This document shows, in pieces, positions 1 through 7,646 of a stretch of 64,000 nt of DNA (positions are counted from its first letter, which is position 1; each line of letters begins with the position of its first letter). Origin of the DNA: a virus. Taxonomy: Duplodnaviria > Caudoviricetes. The stretch spans positions 1 to 64,000 of IMG/VR virus record IMGVR_UViG_3300010356_000549; one strand, written 5' to 3'. Position numbers and translations under genes: made by a program. The notes under the pieces are model-generated. The model was not told where the DNA came from. It was given only the letters and a program-made list of their open reading frames with translations, and did not search any database.

Positions 1-314
1 ATGGTTCGACTCCCGCAGAGGCATTCGCAGTCGGTCCCGAGGGATATTAGGGTAAAGCCCATGAGTCGCTTGCGGAAATTGAGGTGGAGCACGACCACTG
101 CCTCCTTTTGGGAGTCGAACCATGATGCCTGCATGGGACCGTCGATCCAGGCACGGACCGCGTCTTGCTGGGTGAAGATTTCAGTGGTGAGGGCGGTTTC
201 CTTAACTGTGTTAATTACACGGATTTCACCGACCGTCGGTGCCTTGGGGGCGACCGGGGTGCGGGTGCGGGAACGGGCTGGGACGCGGGATGATCTGATT
301 TCGGTTTTGGCCAT
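1..314 (-). CDS. radC: RadC-like JAB-domain protein, truncated at the window edge
   Basis: Manual translation from ATG at 314: MAKTEIRSSR...KEAVVVLHLNFRKRLMGFTLISLGTDCECL, which matches the RadC pattern E-x-F-x-V-L-x-L-(D/N)-x-K-N-R-L-I-G...I-S-x-G-T. The JAB metal motif would lie beyond base 1. Confidence 0.7.
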   Translation of the reverse strand, partial: MAKTEIRSSRVPARSRTRTPVAPKAPTVGEIRVINTVKETALTTEIFTQQDAVRAWIDGPMQASWFDSQKEAVVVLHLNFRKRLMGFTLISLGTDCECLCGSRT

Positions 315-348
315 AGTGTTAGCTGGTAAGTGGTTGGGAGTAGGTGGA

Positions 349-582
349 TTATTTGGCGAAGCGGCAGTGCATATTTACGGGGAGGAGGGCTTCCACCGCA
401 CCTAGGAGGATAAGATAATCGGCGGATGCCGGGGCATCTTGATCCTCAACATGGAAGAGGATGCGGCGGAGAGCGTCGGCCTCTTTGCTGTCATAGGTGA
501 AGAGGCGCTGGCGGATTTCACGCACGGTTGGTGTTTTGGTTGATGTGGTCATTTCAGTATTGATGTTAGAATTGTTTTGCAT
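349..582 (-). CDS. hypothetical protein (leaderless, MQN start)
   Basis: 77-aa ORF directly behind a sigma70-like promoter, co-oriented with its neighbours. Confidence 0.7.
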   Translation of the reverse strand: MQNNSNINTEMTTSTKTPTVREIRQRLFTYDSKEADALRRILFHVEDQDAPASADYLILLGAVEALLPVNMHCRFAK

Positions 583-637
583 GTTGATAGCTTAAAGGCT
601 AAATGAAGTAGTGCAAGCGATTTAATCAAATATTTTT
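574..637 (-). promoter_or_regulatory. promoter TTGCAC-N16-TAAGCT with AT-rich upstream element; near-identical copy at 2906-2970
   Basis: -35 at 611-616 and -10 at 589-594; ATG 6 nt downstream. Confidence 0.75.
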
Positions 638-641
638 CCAT

Positions 642-669
642 AAAAAAAAGCAGCCGGGGGGAGCTGCTT
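642..669 (-). terminator. rho-independent terminator
   Basis: AAGCAGC/GCTGCTT stem followed by a U-run on the minus strand, downstream of alkB. Confidence 0.6.
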
Positions 670-716
670 GATTCCGTGGGGATTAGAGTGGTTAAAAAAA
701 AGCGGAGTTTTGTTCC

Positions 717-1439
717 TCACTGATCATAATGGAAGCGGCGAAAGGTTAGGCTGATTCTCCAGCCGCAAGGTGTTGAGTGTTTGGGGATTCGGTGAAGCAT
801 CACCGCCTGGAATCCGGGGGGCATGACGAACAGGGAGCCACGCTCCAAAAGGTAACGATCCGCAGGCGGGACAGCTCCCTTGACTGCCACCCTGCCTGTC
901 GCTCGGCATTCACCACACAACTCAATAGTGTTCCTCGCTCCTATGGAGGTGTCAGTAAACATCTTCTCTCCTTTGCATACAGGACAAACCATATCCTGAG
1001 GCTTGACCCAAATCTCCCGTTCCGCTCCGAAGGACATGACGGTGATGGGCGCTGCCGCGTCCATACCCGCAAAGTCGTCCGCGTGCCACCCGAGGTGCTG
1101 ATGCTGGTCGTCATACTTGTTCAAAAAACACCCGTTAAAGAACCCGGTGTAAATCAACCGGGGGGCGCTTTGCAGGTTCCAGATGCCTTCCCGGAATAGG
1201 CTAGCGAAGGTCCACATCGCCACCACGTCTCTCATTTCGTGGAGGTAGGGGGACCAGGGCTTCGAGGTGTAGCTAACACCATCGTCCTGTCGGCCATAGG
1301 CATAGTCGGTCTCCCTGTCGGCCATGAAATATTCGTGGCGGGCTGCCCTTTTGGTTTCCCAGCTCAGGCTTAGAAGCTCGTCCTCCATGTCGGCGAGCAA
1401 TGTGGCGGACAGGGACGGTGGAATGTAGATGGGTTTCAT
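717..1439 (-). CDS. alkB: AlkB-family 2OG-Fe(II) dioxygenase with an inserted CxxC..CxxC Zn finger
   Basis: CFLNKY...LGWHADD (HxD), MSFGAER, GSLFVMPPGFQ..MLHRIPK (distal His), RISLTFR (RxxxxxR). Confidence 0.85.
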   Translation of the reverse strand: MKPIYIPPSLSATLLADMEDELLSLSWETKRAARHEYFMADRETDYAYGRQDDGVSYTSKPWSPYLHEMRDVVAMWTFASLFREGIWNLQSAPRLIYTGFFNGCFLNKYDDQHQHLGWHADDFAGMDAAAPITVMSFGAEREIWVKPQDMVCPVCKGEKMFTDTSIGARNTIELCGECRATGRVAVKGAVPPADRYLLERGSLFVMPPGFQAVMLHRIPKHSTPCGWRISLTFRRFHYDQ

Positions 1440-1442
1440 AGG

Positions 1443-1736
1443 TTATTTGCTGAGGGTGGCGGTTGGGGTCTCCCGGTCAATCGGGCGGTGGAAAAAGCAA
1501 AGCAGGCTGTCAGAGTTCCAGCCAGTGAAGGTGAATCGCCGACCCTCAAAAACCAACACCTTCCCGGTGAGCTTCCGCACGTCATCCCAGCCATTGGGGA
1601 CGGCTATTTGCAGGGACTCCCGCCTGACTTCGGGCCGGATGGTGTGGATGACGGCGATTTCAGAGTTGCTGATTTTGGCACGTCCGTGCTTGGCGAGAGC
1701 AGGGCTTAGTGGGCGCTTGTTGTTGATACTTCTCAT
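1443..1736 (-). CDS. hypothetical protein
   Basis: 97-aa ORF in the leftward gene train. Confidence 0.6.
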   Translation of the reverse strand: MRSINNKRPLSPALAKHGRAKISNSEIAVIHTIRPEVRRESLQIAVPNGWDDVRKLTGKVLVFEGRRFTFTGWNSDSLLCFFHRPIDRETPTATLSK

Positions 1737-1765
1737 GGTTGTAATATGGTTGTAATTGGTTGAAG

Positions 1766-2008
1766 TTAAGCGTATTTGTAAAGTAGTTCGTTGGCTTCTC
1801 CGGGGGAAACCGTCCGAGTGTAAACGCTGGCATTGCGGCCTAACTTCCCGCCGGGGCCATAGGCCGACTCCAGGGCTGCCCGCCGGGTGAAACCGACACC
1901 GAGAATGCAGGTGCGGCCAGCGAAGGCGGAAGGTGCCTCCACTACGTGAATGGTGACATCGATCTCAGCCACGGGAGCGGCTGCGGGTGTGGTATTTACG
2001 TTGCTCAT
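1766..2008 (-). CDS. hypothetical protein
   Basis: 80-aa ORF in the leftward gene train. Confidence 0.65.
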   Translation of the reverse strand: MSNVNTTPAAAPVAEIDVTIHVVEAPSAFAGRTCILGVGFTRRAALESAYGPGGKLGRNASVYTRTVSPGEANELLYKYA

Positions 2009-2051
2009 ATATTTGGTATTTAGTATGTTGATAATGTGTATGTTAGTGATG

Positions 2052-2249
2052 TTATTTGGTGACTAAATTTATTTCGACCTCCACTGCTACCCAGCCATGA
2101 TTGGCGTGGGGCGGGCTGAATTTGCGGAGGGCATCGGCTGCGGTGTAGGACAGGGTTTCAACTATGATGCGGCCTGAGGGGCCACGCATTACCCAAAAGG
2201 TAACTGGGCCGGGCGCTGGCGCGGGTGCTGGAGATGAGGTGGAGTCCAT
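2052..2249 (-). CDS. hypothetical protein (start MDSTSS)
   Basis: 3' part of track ORF 2052..2438; ATG at 2249 abuts the stop of the upstream gene. Confidence 0.55.
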   Translation of the reverse strand: MDSTSSPAPAPAPGPVTFWVMRGPSGRIIVETLSYTAADALRKFSPPHANHGWVAVEVEINLVTK

Positions 2250-2251
2250 GA

Positions 2252-2557
2252 TTAAAGGCCGAGCAGGTGGAGTTTCCGACCCGTATAAAGGCGGTCGGCT
2301 GCGATGATGAAGTGGACAAGGGCCATGTCCGCTTGGCGTTCTACCCCGTCCTCGCAGGCCATATTTACGCTGGCGGGCTGGTCCGGGTGCCGGGTGAAGC
2401 GCAGGTCCACATTGGGCCATTCCTCGCGCATTGCCCACCGGAGGGAGGTCTCATATTCGGTCAGGGTATCGTTGAGGAGGCGCTGTTCGGCTTCATACTG
2501 TGGGTGAAGCTCGTCGAGTGAGGGGAGCGGATTGTTTGCAGTTATGACTATGCTCAT
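2252..2557 (-). CDS. hypothetical protein
   Basis: 101-aa ORF, tight packing. Confidence 0.6.
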   Translation of the reverse strand: MSIVITANNPLPSLDELHPQYEAEQRLLNDTLTEYETSLRWAMREEWPNVDLRFTRHPDQPASVNMACEDGVERQADMALVHFIIAADRLYTGRKLHLLGL

Positions 2558-2584
2558 GGTGCTAATAGGTTGAATTTGAGTTGT

Positions 2585-2914
2585 TTAAAAGGTTGACCAC
2601 TCGATCCGGGCATCATCAAAAAGACACCGCAGTGTGGCAGCGTAGGATTCGAGGTAACATTTGGACATGGGATCGCGGGGCAGGCCAGCTTCCTCGCAGG
2701 TGAGCAGAGCGTTTTCGCGGGCGGAGTCTTTGAAGTCGCCACCCTCAGTGGTGTCGAGGGCATCGAGCCGGGCGCAGTCGGCACGAAGGGCGGACCACTC
2801 CCGTTCTACTAGGAGTTGCTCGGCTTCGGCCACGGTCCATCCCTTTTTAGTCAGGGCGGCGACCTCTTTCAGGTGTGCTTTCTGTGATTTGCTCATTGAT
2901 GATTTGTTTTGCAT
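2585..2914 (-). CDS. hypothetical protein (leaderless, MQN start)
   Basis: 109-aa ORF directly behind the duplicated promoter. Confidence 0.7.
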   Translation of the reverse strand: MQNKSSMSKSQKAHLKEVAALTKKGWTVAEAEQLLVEREWSALRADCARLDALDTTEGGDFKDSARENALLTCEEAGLPRDPMSKCYLESYAATLRCLFDDARIEWSTF

Positions 2915-2970
2915 GTTGATAGCTTAAACGCTAAGTAAAATAGTGCAAGCGATTTAATCAAATTATTTTT
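2906..2970 (-). promoter_or_regulatory. promoter TTGCAC-N16-TAAGCT, copy of 574-637
   Basis: -35 at 2943-2948, -10 at 2921-2926, ATG at 2914. Confidence 0.75.
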
Positions 2971-3009
2971 AGGAGGAGCCGTAAATCATTGAGAGGGAAG
3001 CGAATAAAT

Positions 3010-3027
3010 TTTGCACGATCTTGCAAA
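3010..3027 (+). repeat. 18-bp quasi-palindrome TTTGCACGATCTTGCAAA, copy 1 of 11
   Basis: exact copy, immediately past the stop of 3029..3373. Confidence 0.95.
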
Positions 3028-3028
3028 T

Positions 3029-3373
3029 TTAATCATAATAGCAGGCGAGACCGTTATCCCTGATGATCTTCCTGAGGCTGCTGCCGTGGAGATCGCACCA
3101 TTCTGCCAGCTTGTCGAGTTGGGGCTGCGTGGCGGGATGGTAACCACGGACATTCCCAGGAGCGAGGTGAATCCAGCCGAGTTCTTCGGCCTGCCGCCAA
3201 GCGCTGATGCCCTCCGGGGGGAACGGGAGCAGGGAGACAATCAGCGGGTCGTGGTCACCGTAGTCGCAGGCATAGAAGTGCCCGCGAGGGCACAGCCAGC
3301 CGTATCGACAGGACATATCTGGCTGGGGGGATGGCCGTTCGTCACCGTATAGCGTTGTTGCCCTATCTCCCAT
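3029..3373 (-). CDS. conserved phage hypothetical protein (GWLxPxG..C...H motif)
   Basis: GWLCPRGHFYACDYGDHD and AEELGWIHL resemble a common phage family. Confidence 0.6.
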   Translation of the reverse strand: MGDRATTLYGDERPSPQPDMSCRYGWLCPRGHFYACDYGDHDPLIVSLLPFPPEGISAWRQAEELGWIHLAPGNVRGYHPATQPQLDKLAEWCDLHGSSLRKIIRDNGLACYYD

Positions 3374-3378
3374 AACCT

Positions 3379-3798
3379 TTAAGATTGATCAGCCTTGTCG
3401 CGAGGTGGTATCAGGCCAGCCGCGAGCCGTTTTTTGTATTGGCGTGCGACGGCTGGAACCGTTACCCCGAGTTGATAGGCAATCACGGAGCGGGGCATCG
3501 TCCAGTCGACAGCATCCCACACTTCCTCCGGGTGCCGGGCACAGTGCCTATCAGGGGCATAGGCTGCCCGAGCGCCATACAGCCTTGTCTTGGACAAGCC
3601 TGTTTGCTCCATGAGTTCCGGGATGCTCAGGGACCAATCAATGTGCTCCCATTTACGCACCCCAATGGTGTGCGGGGCATACCTGCGGCGCATAGTGGAT
3701 ACACACGGAGTGGAGTAACCAAACTTTTTGCCTATATCCTTGGTTTCCATTGACCAGTCCACGTCTGTGGCCCAATTTATTCTTGCCTTTCTGCTCAT
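3379..3798 (-). CDS. protein with three tandem HTH-like repeats (DWS/T motif), putative DNA-binding
   Basis: DVDWSMETKDIGKKFGYS, HIDWSLSIPELMEQTGLS, AVDWTMPRSVIAYQLGVT. Confidence 0.6.
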   Translation of the reverse strand: MSRKARINWATDVDWSMETKDIGKKFGYSTPCVSTMRRRYAPHTIGVRKWEHIDWSLSIPELMEQTGLSKTRLYGARAAYAPDRHCARHPEEVWDAVDWTMPRSVIAYQLGVTVPAVARQYKKRLAAGLIPPRDKADQS

Positions 3799-4205
3799 GC
3801 TTTGGGAGGGTTAGATTCAAGGGCATTCACCATGCAGGTGATGTGGCGGTTCAAGACTTCCACCTTTAGCCGTTGCTTCTCCAGCTTAAGGCGATGATAA
3901 TCCCGTGTTTTGCGGGCGAGAACCAAGTCGTCGGTGACGTGAAGGAACTGACGATAGGAACCACCGCTGGAGAAGGTGTGGCTCTGGACATAAATTAGGC
4001 CAAGGGCGGCTATGATCTCCTCTGCCTGCGCAGAACTGATAGTTAGCCTAAGGCTTGGGTGGGAGTAGAGGGTGAAATGAGGGTCAGAACCCCAATGGTG
4101 TAGGGAGCAATCTTTGTCCCACTTATCCACGACCATGGCCGTGTCGACGGTGACGAGGGCATCCTCTGTAGGGCTTATTATACATAGTATTTCTGGTGAT
4201 AGCAT
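3795..4205 (-). CDS. hypothetical protein, likely paralog of 4236..4658
   Basis: KWDKDCSLHHWGSDPHFTL vs AWSKNYSLYRWKGDDRYIL; both end in a coiled-coil-like tail. Confidence 0.6.
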   Translation of the reverse strand: MLSPEILCIISPTEDALVTVDTAMVVDKWDKDCSLHHWGSDPHFTLYSHPSLRLTISSAQAEEIIAALGLIYVQSHTFSSGGSYRQFLHVTDDLVLARKTRDYHRLKLEKQRLKVEVLNRHITCMVNALESNPPKA

Positions 4206-4235
4206 TGTGTTATTTATATGTTAGTTATGTGTGGT

Positions 4236-4658
4236 TTACCACGTTGGTTCACCGCTATGCTTCTTGATGCGATACTCCAACATGGAAATTTTGGTCTCAA
4301 AGGCTGCGGTGATATTCCGGGCGCGTTTGATGTGCCGGGCGAGGTCTTTGCGATAGCGGTCAACCTCCACCTCAGCCGTGTAGCAAGTGATGTAGCGCGT
4401 GGCCGAGGGGAAGGGGATACCCTCCACCGCGATTAGGTCCAGGATCTCGATGAGTTCATCACCCTGACCCAGGGTGATGCGGAGTAGGGAGGGGCTGGAG
4501 AAGTTGGTTTCCTCACAGCGGGTGGCGTGGGCCAGAATGTAGCGGTCGTCTCCCTTCCAGCGATAGAGGGAGTAGTTTTTGCTCCATGCTGCCCCCACGA
4601 TTGTCAGGTCGAGAACACTGGTCCCGTTGTCGTATGTGTGTATGATAGCGTGTCTCAT
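4236..4658 (-). CDS. hypothetical protein, likely paralog of 3795..4205
   Basis: see paralog. Confidence 0.6.
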   Translation of the reverse strand: MRHAIIHTYDNGTSVLDLTIVGAAWSKNYSLYRWKGDDRYILAHATRCEETNFSSPSLLRITLGQGDELIEILDLIAVEGIPFPSATRYITCYTAEVEVDRYRKDLARHIKRARNITAAFETKISMLEYRIKKHSGEPTW

Positions 4659-4693
4659 GTGGTCTGTGTGGCGTATAAAGTCGGTTGCATAAA

Positions 4694-4990
4694 TTAGGAT
4701 TCAAAATATTCTCTGGCGTTCCCGGCCACAACGGTCTCAAGCCTTACTATGAGACTCTCCAGCGAAAACGCGACAGCCACGGACTCACCTCCGGGGAACA
4801 TAAAACCGGGCTTTAGGGTCACCCAAGAGGAACCACGTCTACCTTCCCTCCACGTTTCCTGCACTCTGCTATCGTCGGCTTTAATCCTCGCTAGTGGGCT
4901 CAGGGACTTGACTTTTTTGGTTACTACTTGACTCTCATTAACGGTCCGAGCGTGGATGGTCGTTTTTTTACATGTTACAGTTTTCTTCAT
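4694..4990 (-). CDS. hypothetical protein (leaderless)
   Basis: 98-aa ORF; TTGCAC(5021-5026)-N17-TAATGT(4998-5003), ATG 7 nt later. Confidence 0.65.
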   Translation of the reverse strand: MKKTVTCKKTTIHARTVNESQVVTKKVKSLSPLARIKADDSRVQETWREGRRGSSWVTLKPGFMFPGGESVAVAFSLESLIVRLETVVAGNAREYFES

Positions 4991-5074
4991 AGGGGTAACA
5001 TTAACCTAGGGATGCCAGTAGTGCAAGCTAATTAATAAAATTATTTTTATTAAACCTAAAATTTGTTGGGGGGA

Positions 5075-5251
5075 TCAGGGCTCCTTGTCCTTAGGATTTG
5101 CACGATCTTGCAAATTTTTGGGTGGCTTCCTGTCTTTCCACGGGAAGGCTATTTGGATACCATAGGAGGTGGGGCCACGGGGGCTGGGATCACTCCATGT
5201 CCATATCGATACACGTCGAAGGATCTTGCGGATAAATTTCACGGATTTCAT
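5075..5251 (-). CDS. 58-aa hypothetical protein missed by the ORF track (MKSVKFIRKILRRVSIWTWSDP...)
   Basis: manual translation; preceded by TTTCCA-N16-TAGGTT with a 5-nt gap; carries 18-bp motif copy 2. Confidence 0.45.
   Translation of the reverse strand: MKSVKFIRKILRRVSIWTWSDPSPRGPTSYGIQIAFPWKDRKPPKNLQDRANPKDKEP
5097..5114 (+). repeat. 18-bp quasi-palindrome, copy 2
   Basis: exact TTTGCACGATCTTGCAAA. Confidence 0.95.
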
Positions 5252-5305
5252 GGGGTAACCTACACCACGATTTGCCTTTGGAAAGGGGGTGTGTTATGGT
5301 CCCCG

Positions 5306-5965
5306 ATGAAGTTGTGGATACTGATATTGATAGCAGGGCTTGCCGGGGCAGGTGTAAAGGGAGCGGACCAATGGCAAATCACTTACAACGGCAACCTAAA
5401 GGTTGCGGCTGGCACGGATTATGTGATTATCGACCTGTTTGACTACGGCTCCAGGGGTGTGGCCACCGTTAAGGCGGCTGGGGCCAAGCCCATCGCCTAT
5501 TTCTCGGCGCATTACGAGGATTGGCGACCGGACAAAGGCCAATTCGGGCGCAAGCTCGGGAAGATTGGAGGGTGGAAAGGTGAGTATTACATCGACTGGA
5601 CAGACCCGAGGAACCAAACCGTCATGCTTAGTAGATTGGAGCGGGCTAGTCGGCTAGGGTATTGGGGAGTTGACATGGATAACGTGGATGGGCCGGGGAT
5701 GGGTGGTTATTTTGCGTGGCTCTACAAGGCTGCGAAGGCTAAAGGGCTGGCGGTGGGGCTGAAAAACAGCGTTGAGCTGCTGCCGACCTGGGGGGCTAAG
5801 GTGGATTTTTTCGTCTCCGAGGCCACGAACTCCGGGGAACTGACCTGTTATAAGCCCTACATTCTCCCCACTCGACCAGCCGTGCGCATGTGTTATAGTC
5901 GCAAGGTGCCGACACCCGCATACATCGCCGAGGTGTGGAGCAAAACAAAAGGAAGCAAATACTGA
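5306..5965 (+). CDS. secreted glycoside hydrolase family 114 (endo-alpha-1,4-galactosaminidase-like)
   Basis: signal peptide MKLWILILIAGLAGAGVKG; QWQI, VIIDLFD, PIAYFSA.YEDWRPD, GWKGEYYID, GVDMDNVDG, GLAVGLKN, VDFFVSE; promoter TTGCCT-N17-TATGGT 5 nt before the ATG. Confidence 0.8.
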   Translation: MKLWILILIAGLAGAGVKGADQWQITYNGNLKVAAGTDYVIIDLFDYGSRGVATVKAAGAKPIAYFSAHYEDWRPDKGQFGRKLGKIGGWKGEYYIDWTDPRNQTVMLSRLERASRLGYWGVDMDNVDGPGMGGYFAWLYKAAKAKGLAVGLKNSVELLPTWGAKVDFFVSEATNSGELTCYKPYILPTRPAVRMCYSRKVPTPAYIAEVWSKTKGSKY

Positions 5966-5966
5966 T

Positions 5967-6272
5967 ATGAATAGGAGAGGATCATTCAAAACAATATTGG
6001 GCGGCTTGATAGCTGCGGCAACGTGGATTGGGGCGGGATGCCGGGAGGTTTACAGCGCGGTCTCGCGGTGGGGGTGGCCGGGCTACCCCAAGAAGGGGGA
6101 GCTGAGGAAACACCTGAAAACATCAAAGAACCATCCAAACATTACGGATGCGGAGGTGGATGCCATGTCATTTGAGCAGATGATCAAGTGGCACGATGCA
6201 GACCACAAGCGGAGGGGGGACAAGGGGCGATTCAATCCCGCTGCGCATGTCCCTGGAACTGACTACCCATGA
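5967..6272 (+). CDS. small exported protein with a twin-arginine-like signal
   Basis: MNRRGSFKTILGGLIAAATWIGAG-C; His-rich C-terminus (LRKHL...H...WHDADH). Confidence 0.6.
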   Translation: MNRRGSFKTILGGLIAAATWIGAGCREVYSAVSRWGWPGYPKKGELRKHLKTSKNHPNITDAEVDAMSFEQMIKWHDADHKRRGDKGRFNPAAHVPGTDYP

Positions 6273-6931
6273 CGCGCCGGGGGCTGCTCCTATCCGCCTT
6301 TTCGTGGCCTGATTTTGGAGAGTTACAACTAAAGATGAAACCAAGTGAAGACATGCTCCGCATAGCGGAGTTCATCGTGACAAAGGAAGGACGATTCGAT
6401 GCCGATGGGCGGTTGGTCGTTTACAAGCTGCCAAGGGGGGATGGGGGTGGCTCCTATGAGGTGGCCGGGATCAATGACAAGTTTCATCCCGGCATGGCCA
6501 GGCACCTGCGAGGACTGATTGAGGGAGGTAACCATGAGGAGGCCATGACTCAGGCTACCTGCTACATCGCGGAGTATGTAGGGAGTGCGGCTTCCTACCA
6601 TGAGTCCTATGCCGTGGACGTGTTCCTGATGGATTGCTCGTTCAACCGAGGGCCGACCGGGGCGGTCAAAATCCTCCAACAGGCGTTGAAAACGGCTGGC
6701 CTTTACGGGGGCAAGATCGACGGGAAGGCCGGGCCGTTGGTGCAAGATGCTCTGCTGCGCATAAGCGGGGAGGACTTGATTTTCCGCCTGCTGCTATCGC
6801 GCCAGTGGTATGAACGCTGTATCGTGGGGCGGTCCGAGTCTAACCCGCTATGGAATGGGCTGGTCAATCGCTGGATCAACGTTGCCCAATTCGCTGTAAG
6901 GCTGGGTAACCCCTACAAAAACCTGGCTTAA
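6269..6931 (+). CDS. GH108-family muramidase with a C-terminal peptidoglycan-binding domain
   Basis: KEGRFD (EGG-like catalytic Glu), GGGSYEVAGIN, VFLMDCSFNRGPTGAVKILQQAL..DGKAGP, NGLVNR. Confidence 0.75.
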   Translation: MTRRGLLLSAFSWPDFGELQLKMKPSEDMLRIAEFIVTKEGRFDADGRLVVYKLPRGDGGGSYEVAGINDKFHPGMARHLRGLIEGGNHEEAMTQATCYIAEYVGSAASYHESYAVDVFLMDCSFNRGPTGAVKILQQALKTAGLYGGKIDGKAGPLVQDALLRISGEDLIFRLLLSRQWYERCIVGRSESNPLWNGLVNRWINVAQFAVRLGNPYKNLA

Positions 6932-6938
6932 TCCTTTA

Positions 6939-6969
6939 AAACCCAATGCCCTACGCATTGGGTTTTTTT
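6939..6969 (+). terminator. rho-independent terminator
   Basis: AACCCAATGC/GCATTGGGTT stem plus T-run. Confidence 0.85.
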
Positions 6970-7033
6970 ATTGGGTGAAAAAAAGATAAAAAAGAATTTG
7001 CAAAGAGTATTAAACTACTTTAAGCTCCCCTCC

Positions 7034-7165
7034 ATGCAAAACGCTGACTATCGCAAAATCAACGACCGGAGCCAAAACTCCTCGACCTACCACAAAAAGG
7101 ACGGGGCCAATGTCCGGGCCAAACTCAAGGTAATCACCCTGCGGGCCATCAAGGACTTGGTCTAG
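7034..7165 (+). CDS. small hypothetical protein (leaderless, MQN start)
   Basis: TTGCAA(6998-7003)-N17-TAAGCT(7021-7026), ATG 7 nt later. Confidence 0.55.
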   Translation: MQNADYRKINDRSQNSSTYHKKDGANVRAKLKVITLRAIKDLV

Positions 7166-7167
7166 CC

Positions 7168-7551
7168 ATGTGGACTGAGATCAATAATAACGACTTTTTT
7201 CACCAACTTATACGCACCATGAACTACACCAAAACCGTCTATAAATATCCGCTTAAGATCGCAGAATCCCAGGAGGTTCTCATGCCCGAAGGGGCTGAAA
7301 TACTCTGCATTGGGTATGATCCCAACGGGAGCCTGTCGTTGTGGGCGCTAGTGGAATGCGACAAACCACAGGTGCCTGTCCCCATTTTCATGTGTGGGAC
7401 GGGCACCCGAGTTGAGGCGGGGGCGAAGTATCTGGAGACACTGAAAGACGGCTCCTTTATGTGGCATTTCTTCACCGAGGCCGACCCTGACCCTGCTTGT
7501 CCCGGTCCCTCCAATTTGGAAAAGTGGGAGACGTGGGAGGAGGGGAGATGA
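7168..7551 (+). CDS. conserved phage hypothetical protein
   Basis: TVYKYPL...MPEGAEIL...LWALV...GTG, a pattern common in phage proteins. Confidence 0.6.
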   Translation: MWTEINNNDFFHQLIRTMNYTKTVYKYPLKIAESQEVLMPEGAEILCIGYDPNGSLSLWALVECDKPQVPVPIFMCGTGTRVEAGAKYLETLKDGSFMWHFFTEADPDPACPGPSNLEKWETWEEGR

Positions 7552-7628
7552 TTGAGGTAATCGCTTTTTGGGCAGCTATCACTGCTCTAATCTTTGCTGT
7601 GGCTGTGATGATACTCAGCCTCTTTTAA
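7548..7628 (+). CDS. 26-aa single-pass membrane peptide MIEVIAFWAAITALIFAVAVMILSLF
   Basis: manual translation; ATGA overlap with the upstream stop; GGAGG-type RBS. Confidence 0.5.
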   Translation: MIEVIAFWAAITALIFAVAVMILSLF

Positions 7629-7646
7629 CATTAACCACACTGAGAA

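Noticed and set aside
1-405. Track ORF 1..405 (+)
   Set aside because: It is the antisense shadow of the RadC-like gene and has no recognisable motifs.
3010-3027. The 18-bp motif as a sigma54 (-24/-12) promoter
   Set aside because: It resembles TGGCACG-N4-TTGC but lacks the invariant GG and is one base short. Its palindromic arms and intragenic positions fit a dimeric binding site better.
5063-5305. N-terminal extensions in track ORFs (5063, 13228, 14519, 18818, 29490, 49347, 50587, 53138, 56880, 58698)
   Set aside because: Downstream ATGs match signal peptides, promoters or stop-start overlaps, so the shorter starts were used.
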